This document shows, in pieces, positions 1 to 13,800 of a DNA stretch of 64,000 nt (within the stretch, counting starts at the first letter, position 1; every line of letters begins with the position of its first letter). The position numbers were made by a program, and so were the translations under genes. The DNA lies in NCBI RefSeq assembly GCF_009834535.1, contig NC_045707.1, forward strand, positions 59,398,001-59,462,000, given 5' to 3'. Origin of the DNA: Camelus ferus. Lineage: Eukaryota. The notes beneath the pieces were generated by a model, which saw only the letters and a program-made list of their open reading frames with translations, was not told the origin of the DNA and searched no databases.

Positions 1-1734
1 GATGCACTTGTAGACATTTTTCACTTTTCTAAAAATGTACTGGCTTCATGGACAGTTTAGAAGCATGCTCACCCTAGCACTGATAGCTCCCGCATAGTCA
101 GAACAACTGTAAATACAGGACAAACACACCAGATGATAACAGCGTTGAGGGTTGGCATTCTGTATTTGTTTGCAACGTACAGGGACCGATCTCGGCAAGT
201 GGAACACCTCTTAACACCAACGGGATAAAATACACTTTTTGTTGTTGTTGTTGTATTTGTTTCGATTTGTGCAAGTTTTAAAAAAGATTATTTACAATAC
301 CTACCCAGTAGACTGTGCAAATCTAACCTTCTTTTACAGTATCAACGCGCCTTCCTCCACAGTGACTTCACCGCTTCAGTGTTCTCGAGTGCTGAATTTC
401 TCATGTAAAACAACAGCCATCAAAACAACATGCTCAAAACTCATCATAGTTAAAAAAAGAAAAAAAAGAAAAAAACCAACAAAAAGAATAGGGGAGGAAA
501 GCCAAACAGTTGTGCTCATGCTGTGCCAAATGCTTCCAGCTTTGCTGGATAAGAATGCAAAAATCTCCCACCTTCTGAAACTCTTTTACCTGGATCTGGA
601 TGGAATTTCGCCACAGGGCTTAGCTTTGAAGTGATGGTCAGAGAGGGTTTCTGGGTGACTTGACTATTTCGGAGGATGGGTAAAGCAATCTATTCCCGAA
701 GGAAAAAATACTCCTCTTTCTCCTATCCATTTCTTAAAAACAAACAAACAAACAAAAGAATTCGAGCGAGATTAGAGAGAGACAAGGCTACTGTGTTAAC
801 TGGCGTTGCTGGGTTGGAAAGGAAAAGACCGTGGAAATGAGCAAGGGTTTAAGATTTAAACCAAGTGTTCAACTGTTGTAGAAATCTGTTTTAAGGCAGT
901 GAGACAGCACCATAGGAAATGTTCCTTCTTGTCACTGAAAAGGCTCAAACAAACAAAGCCCTAAAAAAGCCTTTTGTCAGTGTTGACTAATAATTGGTAT
1001 AAAACTCTTTTTAAGGGAGTGGGCAGGTGGTTTAAAAAGACCACGGTGGTAAAAACAACCTTATAAAACCTGTGACTCAGACACTAAAAAGTTGCTGGAG
1101 CACATCCCGTGAACATGGCAGTTGAGAATTACATTGGCACTTATCCAGATTGCCACAGCAGTGTTTCCCTGGGGGTCACACCTTGCCTTTTGTGCTTCCG
1201 GAGGCCTGGCCTCTGCCTTGCGGAATGGGGGTGAGCACACAACACAAACACTACCGGAGCTCTGAGACCAGCACCGTGTGGCCCAAAGGAGGTTGGACGG
1301 ATCAGAAGAATGGACCCTGCTTGGGGAGAACAGCCCCTCAGAGGAAACAAAAGGAAGGAACGAACAACAACGAAATAAAAAAGGTCTGCATTGTAAACTT
1401 TTAAAGAGGAAAAACATAAAGTCCAGTTTGGCTATCCCGTGTGCAATCTATCAGGTGCCCTGTCCTGAGGGTCCTTTCCAGTTGAGTAATGGAGCCTTAC
1501 ATCACTCCACGGATAGAAAAATGCCTAGAAATAAAAGAAAGTTAAGCTTCCGTGTCCATTTCGCATCTTGGCGGTTCAGACTTAGTTCTGCTGCCTCCTT
1601 GGAGACCATGACTCTGGGTCAGGGCCCTTGACAGGGTGCTTTCATACTGGCAGTGGTTTAGTGAAAATACCTTCTTTTTTAAACTTTTTTTTTTTTTTTT
1701 AAAGCATAGTCATTTCCCCTAACTTTTTCACCCT
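1..1734 (-). other. NAV3: NAV3 3'UTR (probably continues beyond the left edge)
   Basis: Directly follows the stop codon and is U-rich on the minus strand. I saw no canonical AATAAA on the minus strand in this interval. Confidence 0.8.
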
Positions 1735-1854
1735 CTAGAGGGTAGATTCAAGAGAGGAATCCAAAACATCTTCAGGGTGGCTGGCACTATCACTGTCGCA
1801 GCTCTGTGTGCCCGAGTAATTGGCTGCTTCTTGGAGTTTCATTAGCATATTCAT
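1735..1854 (-). CDS. NAV3: NAV3 last coding exon ([13 protein letters not shown]...SLESTL*)
   Basis: ctttttctttcttcag|ATGAAT...CTC TAG. Confidence 0.96.
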   Translation of the reverse strand: MNMLMKLQEAANYSGTQSCDSDSASHPEDVLDSSLESTL

Positions 1855-4800
1855 CTGAAGAAAGAAAAAGAGACATCGATGGAGGCGATGAGGCATTGAG
1901 GAAGCCAGTTCCAGCAAACACACGGCCCTGAGCCACACTGAGGCACCGTCTCATCCCATCCAAGTGAAACAGGAAAACAATTTTCGACTTTTACGAGTTG
2001 CCCCTGGCTCCTACGCTATTTCTCCCAAACATGACTCTGACAGCAGAACCATAAGGACACAATAGGGCTGCTAGATACGTCTTTTATTTGAGGTTGTGAA
2101 TGAATACGGCTCCAGCAGGGAGAGTGGAAAGGAGACTGTATCACAGCTGGACATCTGGGCTCGAGGCTGGAGAATGCGCCAAGCTTTCCAGCTTTTTGGC
2201 TGCGACAGGCAGAAAGCCCTGAATGGCAAGTGAAAGTCGTGAATGTTCATCCCCACGCAGACGCACACCCAGGGCTCCCACACATGGTCCCTGGGGAGCA
2301 GGCTGGGAGAGGGTGGAAGGGAGCCAGCTGCTGCCCACAGCACACCATCTGCTGCTTAGGAGCTGACCTCCCGAGGAGGTGACGGAATGAAGCCAACCAT
2401 GAGTGTCTGAAGGGGGATAGGGGAAGAATCACTGTCAAATTTCTGCTGTTGTTGAATTTCTGGCTAAAATGTGATTGATACATCACTGAAAACAAAAACC
2501 ACCTTCTGGAACGGCAGCGGCTGTCTCACATTTCCCAGCCTTATAGGACAAGGGTAATGTTTGTTCTAGCAAAAGGGATGGATGCGTGAAAGCACCTGGG
2601 GAGAAAGACAGCTAGCATTTCCATGTATTAGAAGACAAAAGGCGGCCACCTTGCTTGGATTTTGATAGATTGCAGATTCACCGGTAGGGATGTCAAAAGA
2701 AAGATGGTGCGAAAAGCACATAGTGGATAAATGGTTCGACAGTTTTAGCAAACACAGAAAAATTGGCACATGTCTTTGTGAGGGTATAGACTTGTTTAGT
2801 TATCAAAGTTTCTAGAAATTGTAGTAATCTTTATACTGTTTAATGCATGTTGTCTATTTTTATAAAGTAATCAATGTTTTCTTCTTTTTCCCCCGAATTA
2901 GAAATATAGGAAATCTGACTCAATAGAAAGGAGAACTCTAAAAGGGATTCTTTAGACATATGTTAGGTTCTGCATGTTTGTGTGCTTAGGGTAATGTGTG
3001 CTCAAAAAATGTTTGTGAAATAAATGATAAACTGGTAATTACCAATTTCAGCACGGATGCCTTTCTGACAAAGAGGTTAGAGTGACAGCATATTTTAAAG
3101 CCATTTTAATATTTTTCAGGACTATGTTTTTCAATACAATTTTTTAATCTAATTTCCTGAATTTATTAAATTAGCTACATAGAGATATGAAATGAAAATT
3201 GTTGGTGAGAACTTCTTAAACCAGTGAGTCAAAAAGCCAAATGTCTCCATCAACATAGTGTTTTTCTCTCCCTCTCTCTTACACACACACACACACTCAT
3301 ACCCCTACGTTCATGCACAGTCATATTCCCATCCACCTTTCTTTTGTCAATTCCTCCCTATTAGTAGCTAGCTGTACCCTCAGGCATCTGGGTGAACATA
3401 ATTTGTAGAAGAGAACTATGTTTTGAGCGCCCTCCTGATTTACTAAAAGAAGAAATAGTTTCAAGGGTTATGATTCTATCTCAGTTACAAATGTCTGAAA
3501 TCACTCGAATCCTGACTGTTGTCAAAGTTTTATGGTATAACAGTAATATTATTAAAGTCTTAATTCTTGAAAATAGTATCACAAAGTAAATATATTCCAT
3601 TAGAATAAGTTAAAAATCTCAGATTCATAATAAATATATACAAAGAACTTACTCTGCCTTCTCATAGGTTATTTGTATATTCAAGTCAGAGGAGATTCTC
3701 CAGTGACTTTGTTAAAAAATGAATAAATAAATAAAAATAAATAAACCTAATTACCGCCCCCTCTCCCCCGCAAAAAATGACAGATATCATAACCCCTTGC
3801 TCCTTAAGATGCTGAGGTGAGCAGCAGGTTAGGAATCAGGGATTTTTTTTTTTAACCCAAATTCTCACTCAGAATGGGGAGATCCTGGATCTCTTTTCCT
3901 TACTAGCAGACAAGAGCATTCAGAGCCAGGGAAAAGAGTGCTTAACGGGTGCAGCTGACTAGGACTGTGGGAACTGGGAACATTTAGGACATCTCCTGAA
4001 GGTCCCATACTCTACAGAGTAACCCTGAAAACAAACCTTATAAACACCTCACCTCATCAGCCATAGTATTAAAAACTGCAAAGGGAGAACTGAAAATTAC
4101 AAAAAATTCAGAGGAAATAACCCATATTTGTATTCTAAGGCTTATACTTATTCTATTCAATTTTAATCATTCTTTCAGGGATTATTTACTACACACTCAC
4201 AGTTACGCTGAATTCAAGCCAATTCTACCGCCACTGTTGATTTCTAGCTATGCATGAGCTAAAGGGACAGACAGCTGTTAGAAAAACGTTAAGTCCAGGC
4301 CCATAAGGAGTTTATAGTGTAGATCCAATGTTTTAAATAAGAGCTCCCTGGACCCTAAGTAGGTCAATGTATATACTTGGGTGACTTTATGGAACTCTTT
4401 GAGAAAGTATGCAAAACTTTCTGGGTGTGAGCATTTTGTTGGGGAAAAGGTCATGAAACTTTATCAGGTGGTTCACCTGGAACTCCCAAAACGTTAAGAA
4501 TGATCAGCTGGAATGAGGCTGATGCACACATGTCAGGTACACAAAATACCCAGTCAGTTTATGTCCTCAGGTATGATCATAGGTAACGATTTTCATCATC
4601 TCCTTTCTGTTCGTTTGTTTTTAGTAACACAATGACCTTCATTTCAGCATGTCTTCCTTCTGCATTGGTTGTCCAATAATCTCTTTAGTCATGAAATGGT
4701 AAGCTAACAAAACATATTACAGTGGATACCGATCTATAGGAAGTCATCAATAAAAATTAAAAAAATACATTTAAAAAGGTCATTTTACTAAGAACTCCAT

Positions 4801-7800
4801 GCACTTAATACTTCCAGAGTATTCATACTTTGGAGTTTTACTGACTTATATTAAGCCTCACAGGACTGCAAACTGAGAAAGGCAGGGGGTAACACCCCTT
4901 TGATTTCCATGTCTGTTTCTTCTCTACTGTTGTCAACAGACTAATTCTAAATTTAGTCAGACTAGTTGATATATGTAAAATATTCTTTGGTTTTTCAAAT
5001 ATACACTAGAATATATTCTTTTGGGTCTTTTTTTTTCATTTTCAAACAAAATTCAGTTTTCTCTTACCTACCTTATAAGTTGAGTCATGCAATGTTTAAA
5101 ATTTATTTATTTGCATACACAATTCCCTGCCTAATAAAAGAAAAAACTATGGTTACAGAGCTCAGCCTGGTTTCAGTGTTTCTTGATTATTTTTAAGCAT
5201 CCAAATTTGGTCTTTCACTTTTAAGAATTTCACCCAATTAAAGTAGGCCAAAGGTAAAAATGTTGAAACGAGTACCAAAATCAGGACAGTCTCAAATATT
5301 ACCAAGAATAACTTATGTCTTTGATGCAGATGACTAAATTCTAATGACCACACACTGTAGCTGAGATTATACAGAAAGAATCAAACCTCAGCCTCTTACC
5401 AGGGGATCCCCCTCTGTGTCTGTTTGTGGAATGTGCTTTGAGGTTGTAGCTTCCTTCGTGGATACGCAGCCCTCATACCCAACATCTTCTGGTCGCAGCT
5501 GAAGTAACGCTGGGCCCTCCTGAGGCAAAGACGCCGAGCTCCACGGGTATGTGTCAAGCACCCACTTTGAGGGATCCTCCCAGGGTGCACGTTTCCCATA
5601 CATCTAAAAAGTGATCACACATTCAGCAAAGACGAAATGCACTTCTATTCAGTACAAAAGGTGACTGCTAACTGAGTGATTCCTTTGAGTCCCCATGGGA
5701 CTTTCAGGGGAATGAGGTGTCCCTATACAATTTTCCAGATTTTGAACATTTATCTGTGTATATAGTTCACTTTAAACTTGAAGTCTAGACAAAATAAAGC
5801 TGAACACCTGGGCTCGATGGTCAGCTTTCAGGGGAGAGCATGAAGGAGGTTTATTTTAAATATACATAGAAATGACTGCCCACATTTATTTTTCGTTAGT
5901 AGTTTTACAAACTGAAAGAAAAAAAGTGAAAAAAGAAAAAGAAAGCTCAACATTGAGAAAGGAAAGTTCCAGTACTGGAGAACTGAAAAGAGCCATGCTA
6001 GACCCTAAACAGAGTTCTCTATGAAAGTGCACTTTGGAAAGATGATGAATAAAAGAGACTTCTTTTCTCTGTCTACGTCTTTCTACTCAAACTTTCCTTG
6101 GAAATAAGAATACTTTCTCTGCTAACCATTTTCCTCAGATTAACTTCCTCTGATAATCTCAATGCTTCCTGTTATAACTCTTTTTAGATGTTTACTTGTA
6201 AGGTCACTGGTAAAAGAAGGAAATCATGGGAAATGAAAGCTTTGTCGGAACTCAGATGGAGGGAGAAAGTCAAGAAGAAAAAGATGATAAAGCCTCGGTA
6301 AGGTACTGGCAGTGGAGCAGAGGGCAGAAGATGAATCTGAGAGATGTTTAAGAATTTTTAAGCTGGACACAAAGCCAAAACCAAACTGGAAAGGGCAAAC
6401 TGAGAAAACAGAGGTTGATGGGACTTTGTAAAAACGTGTAAGACCACAGGGGCATAGAAAGAAAGTTAAAATTAAGAGAAAAGGGCTGCCACATGGGTAC
6501 ACTAGTTCTTTAATGGATTGTCCTATTCCACTGAGGGAAGTTCTGGGTACCAGGTGTATACTTGATTCCGGATGGCACGGAACACCACTGTGAGGTGTTC
6601 CATGTGGCTTGTTGTGGTTCAGAGCAAAATGGTAGAGAGTGAAGCCATAAAATGCTGATGGACTGCCTTGAAATTGTCTTTTTTCCAGGTTTTTCCTGGA
6701 GAAGTTGTATGAGGTTGTGGCAACCTTGCCTTAAAAAAAAAGTTCAAGTCCTGATACCTGTGCATTTCTTCAGGAGATGATGGTAGAGGCAGCAATCATT
6801 AGATTCTATTTATAGTTCTCTTGTTTTGGAGCAGAAATTTTCTCAGTTAAAAACCTACTTTATAGAGGATGTAAAACATAGCTTGCTATACAACATAAAA
6901 TAGTTGAAGGAAAGTATAACTCTTGGAAAGCAAATGTTAGAAAAAGAATATAAAAGAATCAATTGATGCTAGCCTTTTGAAGAATCACCAAGAATACCAA
7001 AATTGGAAGTGACCAATAAAAAGCTAAACAGGCTTAATTCTGTATTTCAGAGTAAAATAGATGTCATAGAAAAAGAACTGAAAGAAGAGAAATTTAAACA
7101 TTCAGAATGACATGAACTGATTGTTATTCCAAGAAAGACTGAATCATCAGAATGAAAATCAGAATCCACTGTATCACCAGTGTTTTGTCCAACGAGAACA
7201 TCTGGCAAAGAGTATTCCCCATATGGTTCCCCACCAAAGCATCAGCCTTCATTTGAAAAGAGATTTTTCTATTCCTCTCAACTTGTATCTTCATCTTTGC
7301 AACCATGCTTTGTTTTTCCACCTCTTGCTCCAATTCACGGTTCTTTGTTGCCAGTAGATCCAATGAAACGGTTCATGACATATGTGATTCCTTTTCTTCC
7401 TGCTCTTCCAGAAGTCACATACTGGACCATCTGAAGAATGTCATCTGCCAATGGACTTCCAGTGCAGCAGATCCTTCCGTAGCAATGAGAACTGTCTACT
7501 CACCAAAGGGTTTTCATTCATTTCTCCAAGTGCTAAGTCTCTCTCCACCACCCTGCCCCTGCTACCCATCCCCAGCCCCAACCATGCCCTACATCATGGT
7601 TGATTCAGTTTTCACACTAACCTACTACTAAACATCCAGAACCACAGCAAAGAACTTGAGACATTTTTATCCTTCTTCAAAAAAGTTTTTTGAAGTATAT
7701 TTCAATGGGATACTGGTATTACTTTAGTGATTATGCGTTTGCCTAAATGGAAGCTTTATAGAATTACAATTCTAAGCAAAGTGTTTTATAAATAATATTG

Positions 7801-10800
7801 ATTTAAATATTAAAAAACTCCTATATGTCAAAAAACAAAATCTAAGGAGTTTTAGTCATTTTTGACTCTTTTTTGGTACAAATGATTGAAATCAAGAGAC
7901 CTAACTCACAAATGAGGCAGCAAAATAGTTTTAAAGGAATCCTGGCATGTGATATGCTATACTTGAAAAAGAAAAATCTTTGGGATAGTCTCTTACTTTG
8001 TTGAAGACATTTTCTGGGGCTAGTTTGGCTCATACCCTTAAAAATATGAAATCGAATTATTTAAATCTGGAGTAGGACCAGGTGACATCACTCTCTAGGA
8101 TCATCACCTCTGAGGGTTCAGAACATCCTCATAATATTCATCATGTTCAGCAGAACCATCGTGATAGTTCTGAATCACTGCCATGCCATTCTACTAGGTG
8201 AGGAAAGCGTGATGGCAAAAGGAAGTGAAATGAAGGAAAATAGATAACCAACTTTTTTAGACAGTAAAATAAAGACTTAACACAGTGTTTCAGATGACAA
8301 AATGTGAAAAGCATGAAGTATGGCTTAATTCTAGTAGCAGTTGTGATAACCAGGACTAGAGATGCCTGAGCCAAAACTGCCTAAACCTTGGTTGAGTTCT
8401 TGAAAAGAAGACTGGATTTTTCTACAAGCTGGGTGATTATGCAACGCAAATCTGAAAGTCAGACTTAAGGGTCACAATTCTACAATTTCATGAAATTTCT
8501 ACTTCAATATAAGTGAAAAATCAAGAATGATGGAAAAGGGATAGAATATTTTATTGAAGAAAAGAGTTTTATTAGTGATATATTTTGACTTCTTAGTTAA
8601 GAGTAAAGAAGGGATGGCTGCAGGGCCTCATGATTTAAGGTAAATGAGAGAAACAGCAGGGATGCTGCTAAGCCCACCTGTTCGAGATTTTTTTTTTTAA
8701 GTCAAATGCCTTAGATTTTCAAGTACTCTCAGAAATAATAATGGATCTTGCAAGTGACATTAAAGGGCTTCACACAATGAAATAGAGTAAAGCAGGGAAT
8801 CCATAAGCAAAAATTACTTGCTGCAGATTATATGATAAGGGAATTAATGATCAAGGCCCATATAAACATGCCTCTGGGCAATTAACTGGGTATCTAATAA
8901 GAACAGTCTGTAAATATTTATGGCAATAAATTTGGCTTTCAATGTGTAGTTCTTGCAAAAATTGGCTTTCTCTTTCTCCTACATATTTATTCTCAGAACG
9001 GAAAAAAAAATTTGCATACTATTTGCTCTTTAAATTTTTACCACTATAATTATATAGTTCATGCCTTTAGTTTTCTACAGAAATACCCAGAGAAATGAAT
9101 GGTTTTTTTTTTTTTGCATTTAAAATAAGGCTAATTTTTTTCCACTTAGTTTCTTAAACAGTAAAGAAAATTGAGTACAATACCTGAAGACCTTCTCTCA
9201 CTGCCTCCAGAATATAAGGTACCAAAGAATAGTTCCAGAGATCCATGAACCATACTCTAGAACCTTCCACATCCATGGGGCACGGAAGGAAAAGTCGAGG
9301 ACCTGAGACGACACAGATGACACAACATTTTTGAGAGCTGTTATGTTTAACAGTCTGTTACATTTAGACACCATTTGGGGGGAATTAATTTATTTCTTGC
9401 AGGATTCTTAGAAAATTGTAGTCCTGGCCAGCTTGATTATTATAAAAGTGGGTTTTACTGAAGACCCAGTCTTCAGGACTCTCCTTTCTTTATGTACTAA
9501 AATCTTAATCTAAAACATAACATTGCAGCATTAGAAGAAACCTTAAAGGTCATAATCCAGTCAATCCGCCTCATTTTACAAATGACAAAACTAAGCTGAA
9601 ACAAACTGCCAAACATAAAATATGTCATTATTTTTAGGAGTCAGCCTCCACCTTGGTCTTCTGATCCCAAATATAGAATTTTTCTTTCTACTTTACACTG
9701 TGTTTTTAGTGAGTATGACATCTTTATGATCCAAAGCAGTGGGAAGGGGACTTCTTTTGTGTGTGCAATTTAAGAAGGAAAACAAAAATAAACAATTATA
9801 TGCCAACTCAAGACAAATAACTCAAACAATTTTGTCTTTATGCAAAACACAAAACACATTATCTCTAACTAAAATCCTCTCTCACAACTATATTTGATAT
9901 GAGTCATCAGCTAAAATTTGCTTTTAGCATTAAAAGGTTACTCTAAACAGACACAATTTATTTCAAATGGTTTTTTGATTTTTAGATATTTTTCTCTCTT
10001 AAACTTATTTAATGTCAGTAAAATCTTAGTAAATGGTAATAGTCAGACAAAATGAATCTAATTAGAGACACAAAGCTTAGAAGAAGGCAAACTTTCAGAA
10101 GAGAGAAAAATGGAAACTTGAAAAACATTAGCTTCCCATGTTATTTTCTGCCATCCAATCTGGCTATCTTTTCCACGTACTCTTAGTTCCTGGAGAATGG
10201 CATATTGCAATTTTGGAACTCACCAATGGTAACATCAGAAGAACTGTGTGTTTCCAAAAAACTGTTGAGATGATGCCACGTCTTGGGTATCCAATCTATA
10301 ATTTTGACTAGGTCATTATTGCGTACGTTACTTTCAATTTCCATCTCTATCAGTTTCCTGCGGAGATACCTGCCTAAAAAGCCCTTCACTGGTTCTGTGT
10401 GGTTTGCACATAGTACCCACCTACAGAAAGAAAAAAAAATCCAGAAACCTTTATATAAATTAATCTTTAAATCCACAGTGATTCTCTTTCCAATACAAAG
10501 TAGTAACATTCCTATTTCAGTTGGTGGCTAGGTTTTAATGATCAAAGGGGTTAGAAAGTCTATTAGCACTAGAGCTGTAATGTAACTAACTTTTCTTTCT
10601 GAGCTAAAGACAAGCTCGTGTGCATCAGCAGTGAGTGGGTGTGTACACGCTGAGCCCTCTTCTGTAGGAAAATCACAACTCCTGAAATAGGAACTCTCTT
10701 CACATTTCTCACACGTAGAAGAAAAGTGCTCCACTTTAACCGGTGACATAGTGAGCAGGAAAGACATTTCTTTTTTCTTCTTTTTTTTAAAGAAACACTT

Positions 10801-13800
10801 CTGATTACAGGATGAGGATCACAAAACAGTCTGCTTGAGAAAGACTGTCAGAGGAAGTGAGAATTATTTTCACACCCCCAGGTCACCACTGGCAGGATTT
10901 GTCAATGTACAAATGGAAAAACACCGGCCAAAAGCAAACAGAAAGGGACAATACTCAAAAAGAGAAAAACATATTCAATTGATCTTTACCTGAAATTGTG
11001 ATGCAGCTCTAAATTTGGTGATGAAGAAACTCCCTGATTCATCGTCCCAATGATATACGGACTGCGAAAACACAGAAAGCAAACATGTACTAAAGGTAAA
11101 AGAGATTATTATATTAAAATGGTCTCAGATAACAATTTAGGTAAACATGGATTATTCCATTTTAACATTTGGCTGTAAAAGGGTAACTTTGTGATGTTAG
11201 GTTGGAAAATGACAAAGATCACTGAACCGAAATTTATTAAGATTTGGGGTTCATTTTCAGCTCTGGCGTCCTAGGCAAATCATTTTAATCATTTTTTCAT
11301 CTCTAAATTCACATTTATTTGTCTATAAAATAGAAAGTTTAGACAGAATAATCATACTGGTCTCTCTCCACTCTAACATCTTCTGATTCCTATGCTTATA
11401 ATCCAATTCACTAATTTTTCTTTTATTATTTCATAATTATTTCAAAGGTCCTTAATAACATGAAAGAATTTTTAGTTCAATATTTTGATTCAATATCTAT
11501 TTTATGGTGATTAACTTTTAGCACTTAAAAAGTCTTCACCAGAGAGTAAATGGGATACGTACACCATTAAAACTAATCTTTACATTGCTGCTCTTAAATG
11601 TCCTTTCTCAGAGGCCATACTACAGTGAATCTTAAGTGGGTTTGCAGATTTTTTTATACCCCACTTTAACCTTGTCTGTCACGTAAAGAGTTAAAAATCA
11701 GACTCACTGATGGAGAGCGGTATATCTGAATGCATTAAATTTATCTCTGTAGGAAGGTTGAATTTAAACTTTAATATGAACTAAGAATGAAACCAGAGCT
11801 CTGCAGCCCCCTTCTAGTTCTTAATTTCCTGATTCAAACATTCCATTACTGATAATTAGTCTCCCAGACAGTCAGCATATCTGCAGTAGTTAACATCATC
11901 CAGTGAATAATGTTTCCATAAAAGGGCCTGGGGACATAGTTGTTGAATGAATAAATAGCTGTTCAAATGAAAACACAGAGATTCTTTGGAAATATAGTAT
12001 AATAGTAATGAAGGTTTCTCAAATTAATGGCATTTGCTATAGGTCTTAAAAGGTATAAAGGCACCAGAATGCAATACAGCTCACCACTTTTTCATATTTC
12101 ATCATTCAGAGTATTTTACAAGCATACCATTTGTTGTATTTACAGTTGAGGAAACCATTGAAGATATCACTCAGAGAGCCCACGTGGTGAAGATTATCAA
12201 GAATTATTACAACAGGAAGCTCTGCACCGTTATTATCAGCACTGCACTGTTCGGCCAGGTTAGCTAGGTACTGTTGCAATTCCTTTAAAAAAATTACAAA
12301 AACAAATATATCAATGATAAATTTATACCAATGGCAAGCAATTCATAGGAATAGCACATTTTGTGTTCCATCCAGGTTCTTTGATTAAAACCCATAAATC
12401 ATTCCATTGATACAAAACCTTATTTTACAAAGCAAAAAAAAAAAAGAAATATATATATATATACATATATATAAATATATATATATATTTTTTAAAGGAG
12501 AAAAGCCAGTACAGAACACCTGAAGCAAATATAAAACTGTAAACACAAGGACATATTTCTCAGTTGTTTTCATCCCAGAAGAAAAGCCAAAAAAATAAGA
12601 TTTCTGGATATGAGCTCTTACGATAAACCGCAAACGCTGAGACTTCAGTTTTGTTTTTGACTTCACAATGACAAAAATGGATTTTAGAAAACTTTATAAT
12701 TTCAAGTGTAGACTAAATGGCACCCCCAAATTACCACTAATACTTTAAATATTTTAATTCATTTTGATGAGGTGCATCTGAAAATATACACCTGGGACTT
12801 AAGTAAAACTGTGGTTGGTTGGTTATTTATTTATTATCCGCATGCAACTGCTGTAATTTTAAACAAAGACAATTTTTTTTATATTTCACAGGGTCACTTG
12901 ACATTAGCACTTAGCATTTATTAAGCTTCTTGGTTCTTTACAGGTATTATTCCTCTCTAATAGCTTTTAATCTAAATATGGTAACCAGTTCACTGATTGC
13001 TCTCACAGATGGGTAGGCCAGGACTATAATTAGGTTTCTTAGAATTATCCTAATCAGTAAGAGCATTTCCATAATATTTGCATATTTACAATGACATTTT
13101 CAATTTGTAAATCTTGCTCAGGGTTAAGAAAACAATTTCATTATGGATCTTGAGTAACGAATAGAATCCCAAGTGATAAGCATGCCATTTTTTTTTTCTC
13201 TCAACACAGCTTTAGCAAGCACCTACTAGGTGCCAGGTACTCTGGCACCAAGGATTTAGAGATTACTCCTCTATTTCAGGCTTTAGAGTTGATAAACAGA
13301 AAGGCAGGTCAACAAGTAAATCACAATGCAGTGGGATAAGTGAAATGCACAAAAACTACAGAAAAACTAAAGACAGCATCCAACCGAGATTGAAGGCTCA
13401 GAGGACAACAGAGGATGGGGATGGCGGTATGACTGAAGAATAAAGGGGAAAAAAAAAAAGCTAGAAGATACGAGTGTTTGATGTGTTTGGAGAAATAACA
13501 GTGTTCTACTTTTGCAAAAGAAATGGTACATGGTGGCAGTGCTTGCAATGAAAGAAAAATCAGAAAAGACTGAATCCATGCAGAGGAATGTGGATTTTAC
13601 TATATAAATAACTGTGGACCACTGACATGTTGCTGTTGTTGTTTTCAGCAGGTAAAAAAAAAAAAATTATTCATCAAAGGAAACATAAACATGACGGATA
13701 TGATGATTAATCAGAAATGCAAAAGGCATTCTAGAAGCTTATTGCCCAGAACAGAAGGTGAGGCGTGCATACGGATAACCACAGTTCACAGTGAAAAGTA

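Noticed and set aside
239..1631. Several 70-130 aa ORFs in the 3'UTR region
   Set aside because: Low-complexity, with no recognisable homology; consistent with chance ORFs.
6576..6606. Hairpin GGAACACC-7nt-GGTGTTCC near the retrocopy 5' end
   Set aside because: An 8-bp stem is expected by chance in 64 kb and is too short for a pre-miRNA.
7180..7631. ORFs of 84 and 108 aa as a functional retrogene
   Set aside because: Homology to cTAGE5 is broken by stops and frame changes, and the starts are non-ATG or internal. Treated as a pseudogene.
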